Source: a virus (taxonomy: Duplodnaviria > Caudoviricetes). From it: a stretch of DNA of 64,000 nt. The DNA lies in the IMG/VR virus record IMGVR_UViG_3300021514_000002, positions 288,001-352,000 of that record; one strand, written 5' to 3'. The translations under genes were made by a program, and so were the position numbers. Shown here one piece after another: positions 19,159 to 29,222 of this stretch (positions are counted from its first letter, which is position 1; each line of letters begins with the position of its first letter). A model generated the notes under the pieces. The model had not been told where the DNA came from, ran no database searches, and saw only the letters and a list, made by a program, of their open reading frames with translations.

Positions 19159-20139
19159 ATGGAAGAACTACTGCAAAAACTATTGGAAGCAGAAGTGCTA
19201 TCTGAAGATACTAAGAAAGAATTAGAAAGCGCTTTCCAACAAAAGTTGGACGAAGCTATAACTGCTGCCAAAGATGATGCAGCTGCCGATGTCCGTGCCG
19301 AGCTTACTGAACAGTGGGTTGTAGAACGTGATCAGCTTATAGAAGCCGTCGATTCCAAAGTAACAGAATTTCTTGGAAAAGAAGTTGAAGAATTAAAAGA
19401 AGATATCGAACGCTTTCGTGATCTCGAAGCTGAATATGCTGAAAAATTAGTTGAATCTAAAGCAGCTATGTCAGATGAGTTGAAAGATGATTTGATGGAA
19501 CTTGTAGAAAAAGTTGATGCGTTCTTAGAAATCCGCCTTGGTGCTGAAATCGAAGAATTACGTGAAGATCTTGAAAGCGTTCGTAAGAATGATTTTGGTC
19601 GTCGTGTATTTGAAGCATTTTCTGATGAGTTCATGGTTAACTACTCTGATGAAGAATCAGCAGAAGTATCATTACGTGAAACTCAAGAACGTCTTCGTGA
19701 CGCAGAAGACGCATTAGTGGAATCTGAATCCAAGCGTGCTGAAACAGATCGTACTATCGCAATGGAAACAATTTTATCATCACTTGCTGGACGCCAGCGC
19801 GAAGTGATGGAAGCAATCCTCCGAAACGTTGACACGGATCATTTGGAAGAAGGCTATAAGACCTTTATTGGTCGCGTAATCCGTGAAACAGATAACTCAG
19901 AGAAGGAAGGTTCAGTACTAGCTGAGAGTGAAGAAAAAGATGACGACAATGACGACAACGATGATAAGAAATCTAAGAAAGCTAAGTCTAAAGAAGGTAA
20001 AGACGAAGACGATAAGAAAGAAAAGATCGAAGAAGGCACAAAAGTCACAGGCAATACCGAAGAAATGATTATTGAGACTGCAGATCCTGCAAATAAAGCT
20101 CAACTTGATTATCTTCGTAAACTCGCAGGCATTAACTAA
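19159..20139 (+). CDS. gp22: Prohead scaffold protein gp22
   Basis: Acidic coiled coil between gp21 and gp23; ends YLRKLAGIN. Confidence 0.88.
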   Translation: MEELLQKLLEAEVLSEDTKKELESAFQQKLDEAITAAKDDAAADVRAELTEQWVVERDQLIEAVDSKVTEFLGKEVEELKEDIERFRDLEAEYAEKLVESKAAMSDELKDDLMELVEKVDAFLEIRLGAEIEELREDLESVRKNDFGRRVFEAFSDEFMVNYSDEESAEVSLRETQERLRDAEDALVESESKRAETDRTIAMETILSSLAGRQREVMEAILRNVDTDHLEEGYKTFIGRVIRETDNSEKEGSVLAESEEKDDDNDDNDDKKSKKAKSKEGKDEDDKKEKIEEGTKVTGNTEEMIIETADPANKAQLDYLRKLAGIN

Positions 20140-20169
20140 AAATTATTTAAACTTCTAGGAGAAGAAAAA

Positions 20170-21651
20170 ATGAACGAATTATTCGAAAACTGGGCAGAAA
20201 CTAAAGCAGCATTGCTTGAAGGTCTTGACGCTCAAAAACAAAAGGTCGTAGCACCGCTGTTAGAAAATCAGAAAAATCATTTGATTGCTGAATCTGCAGC
20301 CGCTGGTTCTACTGCCGCACACGATATCGCTGGTTTCAGAAAGATTTTAATCCCAATGATCCGACGTATCATTCCAGGTACAATTGCTACTGAGCTTGTT
20401 GGTGTTCAACCAATGACTGGTCCAGTTGGACTTGTATACACTTTACGTTACCGTTATACTGAAAGCGTATCTGCTACTTCACATGCTAACCCATTTGGTC
20501 TTCCAGGTGCAATTACAGCTGGTGATGAAGTATTTGGTAACAGTTCACCAATCCGTCAATGGTATTCTGGCGCAGCTGGTCAACCTGTAGGTTCACCGTT
20601 AGTTGCTTCTGATGCACAGCCACAAGCACCTGGTGCCGGCGCTATCGCAGGTACAGACGCAGATGGAACAGTTGGTGCTGAAGCAATTGATACTGCATTG
20701 GCTTCTGGTCAAGCATGGCCTTCAAGCTTAGGTGCTTCTGCTGGTAACATTGGTTACGTTGACGGTCTTGGCCGTACAGTAGCTGGTTCAGTTTGGGGTG
20801 GTTCTGGTAGCTTTATTGAAGGTTCTGGTGGTCGTAAGATGACTATGGACGTTGTTAGTCAATCAGTTGAAGCTGGTTCACGTAAGTTACAAGCTGGTTG
20901 GACTATTGAAGCTATGCAAGATCTTAATGCACAGCACGGTTTAGATCTTGAATCTGAAATGACACAGGCATTGTCTGCTGAAATCGTTCAAGAAATTGAT
21001 CAAGAAATCATTACTGATCTTCTTGCCCTTGCAGGTACAGTAGATACATTTGATGGCGCTGGCGCTGGACAGTACAGCTTTAACAGTACTTCTGGTAACT
21101 ATGCACCTGCATATGTTGGTGATCGTCTTGCTAACCTTGGTGTTATCATCAATCGTGTTGCAAATGAAATCGCACGTAAGACTCGTCGTGGCGCTGGCAA
21201 CTTTATCGTTGTTTCTCCACTTATCGTTTCTGTTCTTCAGTCTGCTGCTAAGTCAGTATTCGCACCAGCTGTTGAAGGTTCATTCAAAGGTCCTAACAAC
21301 TCTATGTTAGTTGGTACTTTAAACGGGACTATCAAAGTATATAGTTACCTTTGGAACCAAGCAGGTGCAAACCTTGATCTTGGTGGTGGTGCTTCACCGC
21401 TTGAAAGTGCAAATGATACAATCCTTGTTGGTTATAAAGGTGGAAACGGAGAAACTGATACTGGTTACTTCTACTGCCCTTACATTCCATTGATGTCTTC
21501 TGGTGTTGTTGTTAATCCAACTACATTCCAACCAGTTGTTAGTTTAATGACTCGCTACGGTAAGTCTGTTTTCACTAACACTGAAACATCCTTGGGCAAT
21601 TCTGCAGATTATTACGGGAAAATAAATGTTGCAAATCTTGACCTTGTATAA
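20170..21651 (+). CDS. gp23: Major capsid protein gp23
   Basis: LLENQ..LIAE cleavage region, VGVQPMTGPVGL, SRKLQAGWTIEAMQDL, EIVQEID, YCPYIPL..FQP...TRYG. Confidence 0.98.
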   Translation: MNELFENWAETKAALLEGLDAQKQKVVAPLLENQKNHLIAESAAAGSTAAHDIAGFRKILIPMIRRIIPGTIATELVGVQPMTGPVGLVYTLRYRYTESVSATSHANPFGLPGAITAGDEVFGNSSPIRQWYSGAAGQPVGSPLVASDAQPQAPGAGAIAGTDADGTVGAEAIDTALASGQAWPSSLGASAGNIGYVDGLGRTVAGSVWGGSGSFIEGSGGRKMTMDVVSQSVEAGSRKLQAGWTIEAMQDLNAQHGLDLESEMTQALSAEIVQEIDQEIITDLLALAGTVDTFDGAGAGQYSFNSTSGNYAPAYVGDRLANLGVIINRVANEIARKTRRGAGNFIVVSPLIVSVLQSAAKSVFAPAVEGSFKGPNNSMLVGTLNGTIKVYSYLWNQAGANLDLGGGASPLESANDTILVGYKGGNGETDTGYFYCPYIPLMSSGVVVNPTTFQPVVSLMTRYGKSVFTNTETSLGNSADYYGKINVANLDLV

Positions 21652-21706
21652 GGTTCTTGATAAACTACATTAAGTTTATTCTATAATATCTACATGTACG
21701 TAGAAC

Positions 21707-21734
21707 AAAAAAGCCACCCAACGGTGGCTTTTTT
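21707..21734 (+). terminator. Intrinsic terminator of head operon
   Basis: AAAAAAGCCACC-CAAC-GGTGGCTTTTTT. Confidence 0.9.
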
Positions 21735-21800
21735 GTTCCTAATTGTGGATTCGCACATACTATTATGGTTGTGATATATAATATCGATAAAGGAAATAAT

Positions 21801-22601
21801 ATGACATATAACTATCCAAAAACTAATGCAAATCTTAATACAACATATCCTGACAAATTGAAAGATATTGGATTAACGTTATTAGAACAATATACTGGTT
21901 CTAAAAAACACCATTTAATGAAATGTAACACATGTGAACATGAATGGTCGGCAACACCAAAATCTAAGATTGCAAACTTCAAGAAATTTGGAAAGGGTGG
22001 ATGTCCAGAATGTACTAAACGACTAAGAGAAGAAAATGATTATATTCCAAAACGCAAAGCATTCATCCAAAAAATTCTGAATAACGGATTTGAAATATTA
22101 TCAGATTATGATGGTAGTCAAGAATTAAATAATAAATTTACTGTTCGTAATATTAAATGTGGTCATGTTTTTGAAACAAGACCAAAGAATATTATATCAA
22201 GAAACGTAAATTGTCCTATCTGTAATACGCAACGCAAACGCGAAGCTTTCCAACAATTCAACATAGAAAGACAAGAAGAATACCAAAAAACAGCATCTGA
22301 CTGGAACATCTATCGTCATTGTGTATATCAACTTACGCGTCAAACTTATAAAGAACACCAATCTACTATAAATCCCACAAACCTTCCACGAGGTAAAGCG
22401 GGAGTTGATGGTGCTTATCATCTTGATCATATCGTACCCGTTCGTTATTGTTTTAACAACAATATACCATCCGATATCTGTGCTCATTCATCAAACCTTC
22501 AAATGCTTAATTGGAACGATAACGTAGGTTCGCGAGATAAATTAAAACTCGACTTACCAATCCCAACCATATTACAAGAATATGTAAATTCAACATCATA
22601 A
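21801..22601 (+). mobile_element. Free-standing HNH homing endonuclease with zinc ribbons
   Basis: Zinc-ribbon Cys motifs (C..C.H.W, GCPEC, KCGH.F, CPIC); C-terminal YHLDHIVP...NLQ...N; AAGGA RBS before ATG 21801. Confidence 0.85.
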
Positions 22602-22655
22602 CGTTCATAAATATAAATATAATAAACAACAAAAACAATATATGGATTTTTTATA

Positions 22656-22994
22656 ATGGGAATCAATTTAACCTTTAAAGAATATCTTGAATCGAAAGAA
22701 AAGTTGCGCGAAGCGATTAAAATCACTCCTCAACAAACCGTCCAGTATACGGTTAATAAGTATTGTAAACTTATCGTCGGTGAATCTAAAGATGAAAAGC
22801 AACAGATAAACTTAAAACCAAATCAATCGATTATAGTTGAATGGCTCTATAATGATATTGATAATCCAACTCCACTAAACATCACATTTGAAGGTGTTTG
22901 TCCTAATATAGATACACTTAAATATAGTAGTTATTGGCAACCACATAAACTACAAAAATGGTTATTAAATAATACCCGCGAACAAAGATCTTAA
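22656..22994 (+). CDS. Hypothetical late protein (possible head-internal)
   Basis: TATAAATA at 22612; N-terminal TFKEYLE motif. Confidence 0.7.
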   Translation: MGINLTFKEYLESKEKLREAIKITPQQTVQYTVNKYCKLIVGESKDEKQQINLKPNQSIIVEWLYNDIDNPTPLNITFEGVCPNIDTLKYSSYWQPHKLQKWLLNNTREQRS

Positions 22995-23045
22995 TTTTTA
23001 ACACCTCACGTATAAATATAATAAAGCCACAAACGGGGATTGGTC

Positions 23046-23222
23046 ATGACTAAATTTAGTACTTTTAGAGAATTTTTACTTACAGAAAAAAAGAAGCCAG
23101 ATGTAGATAGCGATGGTATTCCTGACTGGGCAGACAAAGACAGTAATGGTAAGGAAGAAGAGAAAGCATCAGATGATAATTCTAATAAATCTGATAAAGC
23201 TACGGAAAAGAAAAAAGACTAA
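23046..23222 (+). CDS. Small late protein with DxDxDGIPD Ca-binding-like repeat
   Basis: TATAAATA at 23011; MTKFSTFREFLLTE...PDVDSDGIPDWADKD. Confidence 0.65.
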   Translation: MTKFSTFREFLLTEKKKPDVDSDGIPDWADKDSNGKEEEKASDDNSNKSDKATEKKKD

Positions 23223-23295
23223 TATCTTATTTTATTCTAAATCCTACAAAAGAACAAAAATGTCGTCTTCAAAACAAACTTTCACCTGCCAATAG

Positions 23296-23303
23296 TATAA
23301 ATA
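23296..23303 (+). promoter_or_regulatory. T4-type late promoter
   Basis: TATAAATA upstream of gp13. Confidence 0.8.
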
Positions 23304-23330
23304 CTTTGTAGCATACTACAGGAGTATTAT

Positions 23331-26300
23331 ATGTCCGGATTTGACCCGATTGGCGATTCTGCAAATAGCCTACGAACAGAAGGCCAGGAAATAAAATTAA
23401 AATTCAAACAAGGCGTCCCTGCGACTAGTCAAGGGACGATTGAATGGAATATACCAGTACCCGCACATGGTTGTGTTTCTGGCGAAACAGGCGCATATGC
23501 AGGTATTATATTTCTTCTTAGCACTGAACCCCTTGATGCCACAAATATTCCACAAGATGGGACAGTTTATGTAGCAGATCCAACCGCAGATTTTGATTTA
23601 AGTACAGCAGATATGATTGGCAATGCCATTGTTGTTGGTGCGGTATACGAATGTGAACAGAAAGGCCGTGGTGAAACATTAACAACTTCTCTTGTTATAA
23701 GTAATTTACAACAAGGTATATCATACTACTTGGGCGGTTACGCAGTAGATTGTCAATATCGTTATCATTCCGATGGTATCCGCTCCTATTCTGATTCTTA
23801 TGGTGAAAAGGATGGTACTAGTATACCATCTACCCAAACTATTAGTCTTGGCAACGAGTCAACAGGCGTGTTGCCAACAGATGGCACAGGATTAGTTCCC
23901 AGTGTTAATTATGAGTTTGATTTGATCGTAGATAATTCATTCCCTAATGGGTATGATTATAAGACGATACCGATTACAATTGATGGTATTAACGCAGGCA
24001 CGTATCAAGATTTATTAGACACAATTAAAGCACAGATAAAATTATCCGATAATCCACCACAATCGCCTGTTCCACCACATACTAATGATTTTTATTGGAA
24101 CGCAACAGAAGAAGAATTATATCAATACGATGGTACTAATTATAATTTAATAGACGTTATAAAAGAACTTACTGATCCTGCTAATGTAGTGGTAGGTACA
24201 TATTGGTATAATCCTACTAGTAAAGTTTTACAGAATTATGATAGTCTCGCAGGCTCACCAATACCAGCCGCCACGTGGAACGTTGTTAACTTTTTGGAAA
24301 CTGAATCTGATCCAACAAATCCAGCATGTGATTTATATTGGTACGATAGTACGCTCGCACGTAAATGGGATGGTTCTACTTGGTGCAATCAAGTAACATT
24401 AATATCATCAACAGACCCAAGCGATTACCCTACATTAGATTGTGGTACATATTGGTACGATTCAACTAATACGACATTATTCGGATGGGACAATATATGG
24501 GTAGAAAAATCAGCTATTTATTGGCCAGAGGCTCCCACCGCGTTATCTAATGGTACTTATTGGTTCAACAATACGTCTTCTGAAATGTTCCGTAGGGTTT
24601 CATCTGCGTGGACTGACATTACAATAACCACAAAGATTCAAGAAACCGAGCCAACTGTTCTATTGGATGGTATTGTATGGTATAAACCATCAACAGAAGA
24701 ATTAAAAGTATATTCAACAGGCTCACCTTTTGGATGGATACTAACAGACGTATTAGTTTGGGCAGACGATCCAACAGATATAACATCATGTGATTTATGG
24801 TGGAACCAAACAACAAACGTTTTATCTGTCTGGGATGTTGTTAATAGTGAATGGGATGCGGTTGTCAGTTTTACTATTTCCGTATTAGATCCTGCTTTAC
24901 CTGTAGTAATAGTAACTGATACTGTTTGGTATGAACCTACTAATGGTGTTTTGACGCGCTGGGATGGTAGCGATTGGGTTTCTACTACACATGTAGAGAA
25001 AGCAACCGATCCAACACAACCTAGTGTTGGCGAAGGTTGGTATAAACCATCAACAAACACATGGAATATATGGAATACTCCAGTTGCAGGGTGGAATATA
25101 ATAGATCCTATTGATGCCATTATTGATCCAACTAGTATACCAAATGGAACTTACTGGTTTGATACCACCACCATTGCATTAAATGTTCGCAACGGCATTA
25201 GTTGGATTTCTGTAACATTTTCTACAGTGCCATTCGTTCCAGCAAGAAAAAGTTTATGGTTTGATACTTCAACCTCGGTACTAAATGAATGGAATGGTAC
25301 TATGTGGACTGAAGCCACTCCTACTGTAGAAGTATATTTTAATACGGCAGGTGGTATAACTTTCCGTACAGTAAAAAGAGGAAGTGATACTGCTATTTTA
25401 GTACCAGTACCTCCTGGTTCTCTTTCAGCAACTGATACCGTTGTTAATGGTTTTGCAGATTTTTCTGAATTCGATATAGACCCCGTATCAGGATATACAT
25501 TCGAGCGTGAGACATCTGGACGAATATACACAGCACGAAATATTCCAGCTAATTCGTTTCTATGGAGTAATTTAAAATACGTAGGTAAAATTCAATTTCC
25601 AGGTGCTGGTAATGATGGTAAATCTGGCGTACCTTCTTATGCTGAGCTTGGTGTTGGTGATGACGGAACTCCTGATGAACGTCGTGAATTAATGGATAGT
25701 ATTCGCTCCCAACTTGGTTATCCCGTAGTCGATGTTGAGTTAACCAATTATCAATTAGATACTGCAATCCAAGGTGCACTTGAATCATTCAGAAAACGTT
25801 CTGGCGCTGCTACGCATAGAGGGTTCTTTTTCTTAAATATTGAACCAGGAAAACAACAATATATATTAACAAACAAAGCGTTGGGATACAATAAAATTGT
25901 TACTATTATGGAAGCTAAACGCTTTACATCTGCATTCTTATCATCTGCGCATGGTTCAGGGGTTTATGGTCAAGTAGTATTGCAGCATTTATATAATATG
26001 GGTACTTTTGATTTAACTAGTTTTCATTTGGTGGCACAATATGTTGAACAATTGGAACACTTATTCTCGACTAGGTTAACGTTTACATTCCATGAAAGTG
26101 ATCGTGTTTTTTCATTGTTTAATTCTTTTACCCGCCCTGAAAAGATATTACTTGATTGTATGGTCGAGCGAACAGAACAAGATTTACTTAAAGATAGATA
26201 TATTAAAACATGGATTGAGCGATATGCGTTATCAGAAGCAATGATGATGTTAGCGCATATTCGTGGTAAATTTGCATCATTACCTGGTGCAGGCGGTGGT

Positions 26301-26432
26301 ATTGCATTAAACGCAGGCGAATTAATTTCAATTGCGCAATCTTATCGCGAAGAATTATTAAATCAGATAGATGAATTTATAGTTGATTTACCAGAAGAAG
26401 TTGGAATGTATAGTACGTTTATTTTAGGATAA
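23331..26432 (+). CDS. gp13: Neck protein gp13 with long N-terminal Trp-rich repeat extension
   Basis: C-terminal IRSQLGYPVVDVELT.YQLD.AI..AL and LPGAGGGIALNA..L..STFILG match gp13; preceded by repeated G.YW[YF]......L..WDG..W units. Confidence 0.85.
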   Translation: MSGFDPIGDSANSLRTEGQEIKLKFKQGVPATSQGTIEWNIPVPAHGCVSGETGAYAGIIFLLSTEPLDATNIPQDGTVYVADPTADFDLSTADMIGNAIVVGAVYECEQKGRGETLTTSLVISNLQQGISYYLGGYAVDCQYRYHSDGIRSYSDSYGEKDGTSIPSTQTISLGNESTGVLPTDGTGLVPSVNYEFDLIVDNSFPNGYDYKTIPITIDGINAGTYQDLLDTIKAQIKLSDNPPQSPVPPHTNDFYWNATEEELYQYDGTNYNLIDVIKELTDPANVVVGTYWYNPTSKVLQNYDSLAGSPIPAATWNVVNFLETESDPTNPACDLYWYDSTLARKWDGSTWCNQVTLISSTDPSDYPTLDCGTYWYDSTNTTLFGWDNIWVEKSAIYWPEAPTALSNGTYWFNNTSSEMFRRVSSAWTDITITTKIQETEPTVLLDGIVWYKPSTEELKVYSTGSPFGWILTDVLVWADDPTDITSCDLWWNQTTNVLSVWDVVNSEWDAVVSFTISVLDPALPVVIVTDTVWYEPTNGVLTRWDGSDWVSTTHVEKATDPTQPSVGEGWYKPSTNTWNIWNTPVAGWNIIDPIDAIIDPTSIPNGTYWFDTTTIALNVRNGISWISVTFSTVPFVPARKSLWFDTSTSVLNEWNGTMWTEATPTVEVYFNTAGGITFRTVKRGSDTAILVPVPPGSLSATDTVVNGFADFSEFDIDPVSGYTFERETSGRIYTARNIPANSFLWSNLKYVGKIQFPGAGNDGKSGVPSYAELGVGDDGTPDERRELMDSIRSQLGYPVVDVELTNYQLDTAIQGALESFRKRSGAATHRGFFFLNIEPGKQQYILTNKALGYNKIVTIMEAKRFTSAFLSSAHGSGVYGQVVLQHLYNMGTFDLTSFHLVAQYVEQLEHLFSTRLTFTFHESDRVFSLFNSFTRPEKILLDCMVERTEQDLLKDRYIKTWIERYALSEAMMMLAHIRGKFASLPGAGGGIALNAGELISIAQSYREELLNQIDEFIVDLPEEVGMYSTFILG

Positions 26433-26484
26433 TACACGTAGTACAAAATTATTTTACAAAATATAGGTTAAGGAGAAAAACCAA

Positions 26485-27075
26485 ATGTCAAAACGGTTAG
26501 ATAAAATTATTGAAGAAATGGGAAACTATTCAGATATGGGAATGCCCGATGGACAAGGTGCCATGGGAATGGGTAGCGCAGCATCAATGGGCGGTTTACG
26601 AGGTGGTTCATCAGATGGTCGCCCAAAATTAAAAGCATATAAGCTTAATGATCTTCTTCGTTCACGTAATCGTGCAGAAGAAGAAGAAGGTTTGGATGAT
26701 AACGATAATGGTATGGAAGATACTGGTATGGAAGATACTGGTATGGAAGATATGGACATGGAAGACGAAGGAGGAACAGCAGAATTAACGCAATTCTTTA
26801 CTGACAATCCTGAACCAGCTGATGACGAAATCGCTGCATATGCAGAAGAGCATGGCATGGATCTACAAGAAATGCGTCTGGCTGTTTATCGTTTAATTCA
26901 ATCGTTACTTCCTAGTGATGAAGAAAATATGGATGATGAAGACACTATGGGCGATGAAGACACTATGGGCGATGAAGACACTATGGATTTCTCTGTGTCA
27001 GGTGATACAGGTGAAAAACCAGCATCTAATGAATTAAACATGGGTTCACGTCGGACATCACGCGATAGAATGTAA
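26485..27075 (+). CDS. Acidic low-complexity hypothetical protein
   Basis: AGGAG RBS; D/E/M/G-rich tandem peptides flanking a short helical core. Confidence 0.7.
   Translation: MSKRLDKIIEEMGNYSDMGMPDGQGAMGMGSAASMGGLRGGSSDGRPKLKAYKLNDLLRSRNRAEEEEGLDDNDNGMEDTGMEDTGMEDMDMEDEGGTAELTQFFTDNPEPADDEIAAYAEEHGMDLQEMRLAVYRLIQSLLPSDEENMDDEDTMGDEDTMGDEDTMDFSVSGDTGEKPASNELNMGSRRTSRDRM
26710..26752 (+). repeat. In-frame tandem repeat, 15 bp x about 2.9 (GMEDT)
   Basis: GGTATGGAAGATACT repeated. Confidence 0.9.
26935..26986 (+). repeat. In-frame tandem repeat, 18 bp x about 2.9 (DEDTMG)
   Basis: GATGAAGACACTATGGGC repeated. Confidence 0.9.
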
Positions 27076-27083
27076 ATAGTAAC

Positions 27084-27503
27084 ATGAAGTTATTTGAAGT
27101 AATTGGATTCGAAGACAAAAAAACTGGTATGCCAACATACGATGATATGATGGCAGACCCAGATTATTTTGCACGTGCCAAGCGCAGAAAACATGGGATA
27201 GTGATGATGAGTCCTGATGAATATATTAATAAAGCCGTCAAAGGATTCAAGCAATCTGATCCAGATGCTACAGCTGAAAGCGTTATTAGAACAAGAGATC
27301 CTGACTTAATAAGTAAATATGCTAAGCAGATGCAAACAGGAGCTAAATTTCCTACTATAATGTTAGATTATTCAATTGGTTTTAGTCAAGAAGGATTGCA
27401 TCGTGCTCTTGCAGCTAAACAACTCGGATTAGATGAAATACCTGTTATGATAATTAGTATGACTAGACGTAGTGACAGAGGAACTAAAAGGGCATCGTAT
27501 TAA
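27084..27503 (+). CDS. ParB/Srx-like N-terminal domain protein
   Basis: FPTIML....QEGLHRALAAKQLG...IPV resembles the ParB (D/E)GxHR..A motif. Confidence 0.7.
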   Translation: MKLFEVIGFEDKKTGMPTYDDMMADPDYFARAKRRKHGIVMMSPDEYINKAVKGFKQSDPDATAESVIRTRDPDLISKYAKQMQTGAKFPTIMLDYSIGFSQEGLHRALAAKQLGLDEIPVMIISMTRRSDRGTKRASY

Positions 27504-29222
27504 ATGAATGATTATAAAAAAGTTAGTGACTCGTGTAATGGAACAATTGGTCCAGATTATAATTTAAACCCAGATGGTACTATTAATACTGCCGTGTCTG
27601 GAACACAAGCGTGCCCAACGATTCAAAACGATAGTCGCCGTTTGCCTGATCAAAGCGACGACCTTAGATGTAGACCGTTCCAATTAGAAAATGGAAAAAG
27701 TAATCAATATGTTGATCGTTTAGTCAATGAAGCATTGAACATTGGTGGTGCTACTTTAAACATTTATAAATTATTAGGAGTACATGAACAAGGTAAACTT
27801 GTGGATTGTACTGGTAGAGGTGAACCAATATCAAATGGTGATTTGCCTAATTTCCCTGCTAGTAATGCATTTGATAAGTACGTTACTGAATGGCGATCTA
27901 TTCAACGTGGTACGGGTGTTCTTGTGTCTACTTATATTGGTTATGATTTTGGTAATATTAAAACAACCAATGGCACAGAACGCGCCTATGGTATTAATAC
28001 ATCCATTTATAAACATGTCGCAACAATTGCAATTAAGCAAAGCGCACAACAATTACGTCGTGTAACGCGCGCAAGAATCGAGCGTTCCGATGATGGTATA
28101 AAATGGTATGGTGTTAATATTGTATTATTTCCAGATGATGATTGTTTGAATATTATACAATTTAAACATTCAGTGCCATCACGTTATTGGCGCATTCGTC
28201 CAATGGATTTCAATGGCGTCGATACTAATGATGTATGGGCAGTTCCTGCAATTCAAATGTTTCATAATTATACTGGCACAGACGAATATAATATTCAAGA
28301 TAAGGTGTTGTTGGAAAATAGAGATCGTGATTATTCTACCGATGTGATTTTATTAAAAGGATATTATGATTTAACCGATAACCTAAGCGAACTTACAGCA
28401 CTAGGTTTAGAAGTACCATCTATGACAATATACATAACAGTAAGTTTTTCTGCATGTGTAGCAGTACTTGGTCGCCCTCTTGTCGTAGGCGATATTATGG
28501 AAATTCCAAGTGAAGCACAATATTCAGCAGAAATGAAAAGAATTTTAAAATGGATGGAAGTCACAGACGTTTCTTGGGCAACAGAAGGGTATACTCCTGG
28601 ATGGCAACCAACGCTACTTCGTATAGTAGCACAGCCAGCATTTGTTTCACAAGAAACTCAAGACATATTTGGTGACCTTGGCGAAACGTTACCAGATGGG
28701 GTTGGCACAGTATCTGGTGAAGATGGTAAAAATCCTATCTACCAAGATTATTTTGATGTAAGTCAGACAATTGAAGCAGAAGCACGTGATGCTGTTCCTG
28801 AACGAGGAGCTGAAGGGTCAAGTACTATTAGGGCATGGGAAGAATCAGAGATAGAGGCCGCCACAGACAAAGGCGTAAACAATCTTCAAAAGATTGGACT
28901 AAATCCAACAGGATTATATGTTGAAGATGCGATGCCACCAAACAATTCACCGTTTACGGAAGGTGACGAATATGAGGCAAATCCAACCCATGGTGATTAT
29001 CATAGATTGACTTATTCTGGGTTAGCAGGCGATATACCTGCAAGATTATATCGTTATTCTTCATCTAAAGGACGGTGGATTTATTTAGAAACTGATTTGC
29101 GTGCGCAATATGATCCCGCCAAACCAACAATGAAAGAATTTATAGTAAGTCCTGATGCAGTACCAAATAACCAAATAACCAGAAACAGGGAAACTATCGA
29201 CAAGGATTGTGAGGAAACTTAA
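27504..29222 (+). CDS. gp14: Neck protein gp14-like with inserted discoidin (F5/8-C-like) domain
   Basis: LVNEAL.IGG..L.IYK is a gp14-like N-segment; AFD....W, IGYDFG, IERSDDGIKW, SRYWRI are discoidin-like; lies between gp13 and gp15. Confidence 0.7.
   Translation: MNDYKKVSDSCNGTIGPDYNLNPDGTINTAVSGTQACPTIQNDSRRLPDQSDDLRCRPFQLENGKSNQYVDRLVNEALNIGGATLNIYKLLGVHEQGKLVDCTGRGEPISNGDLPNFPASNAFDKYVTEWRSIQRGTGVLVSTYIGYDFGNIKTTNGTERAYGINTSIYKHVATIAIKQSAQQLRRVTRARIERSDDGIKWYGVNIVLFPDDDCLNIIQFKHSVPSRYWRIRPMDFNGVDTNDVWAVPAIQMFHNYTGTDEYNIQDKVLLENRDRDYSTDVILLKGYYDLTDNLSELTALGLEVPSMTIYITVSFSACVAVLGRPLVVGDIMEIPSEAQYSAEMKRILKWMEVTDVSWATEGYTPGWQPTLLRIVAQPAFVSQETQDIFGDLGETLPDGVGTVSGEDGKNPIYQDYFDVSQTIEAEARDAVPERGAEGSSTIRAWEESEIEAATDKGVNNLQKIGLNPTGLYVEDAMPPNNSPFTEGDEYEANPTHGDYHRLTYSGLAGDIPARLYRYSSSKGRWIYLETDLRAQYDPAKPTMKEFIVSPDAVPNNQITRNRETIDKDCEET

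Noticed and set aside
26710-26986. Short direct repeats as a mini-CRISPR array
   Set aside because: They have no unique spacers; the units are 15 and 18 bp, in frame within a CDS.
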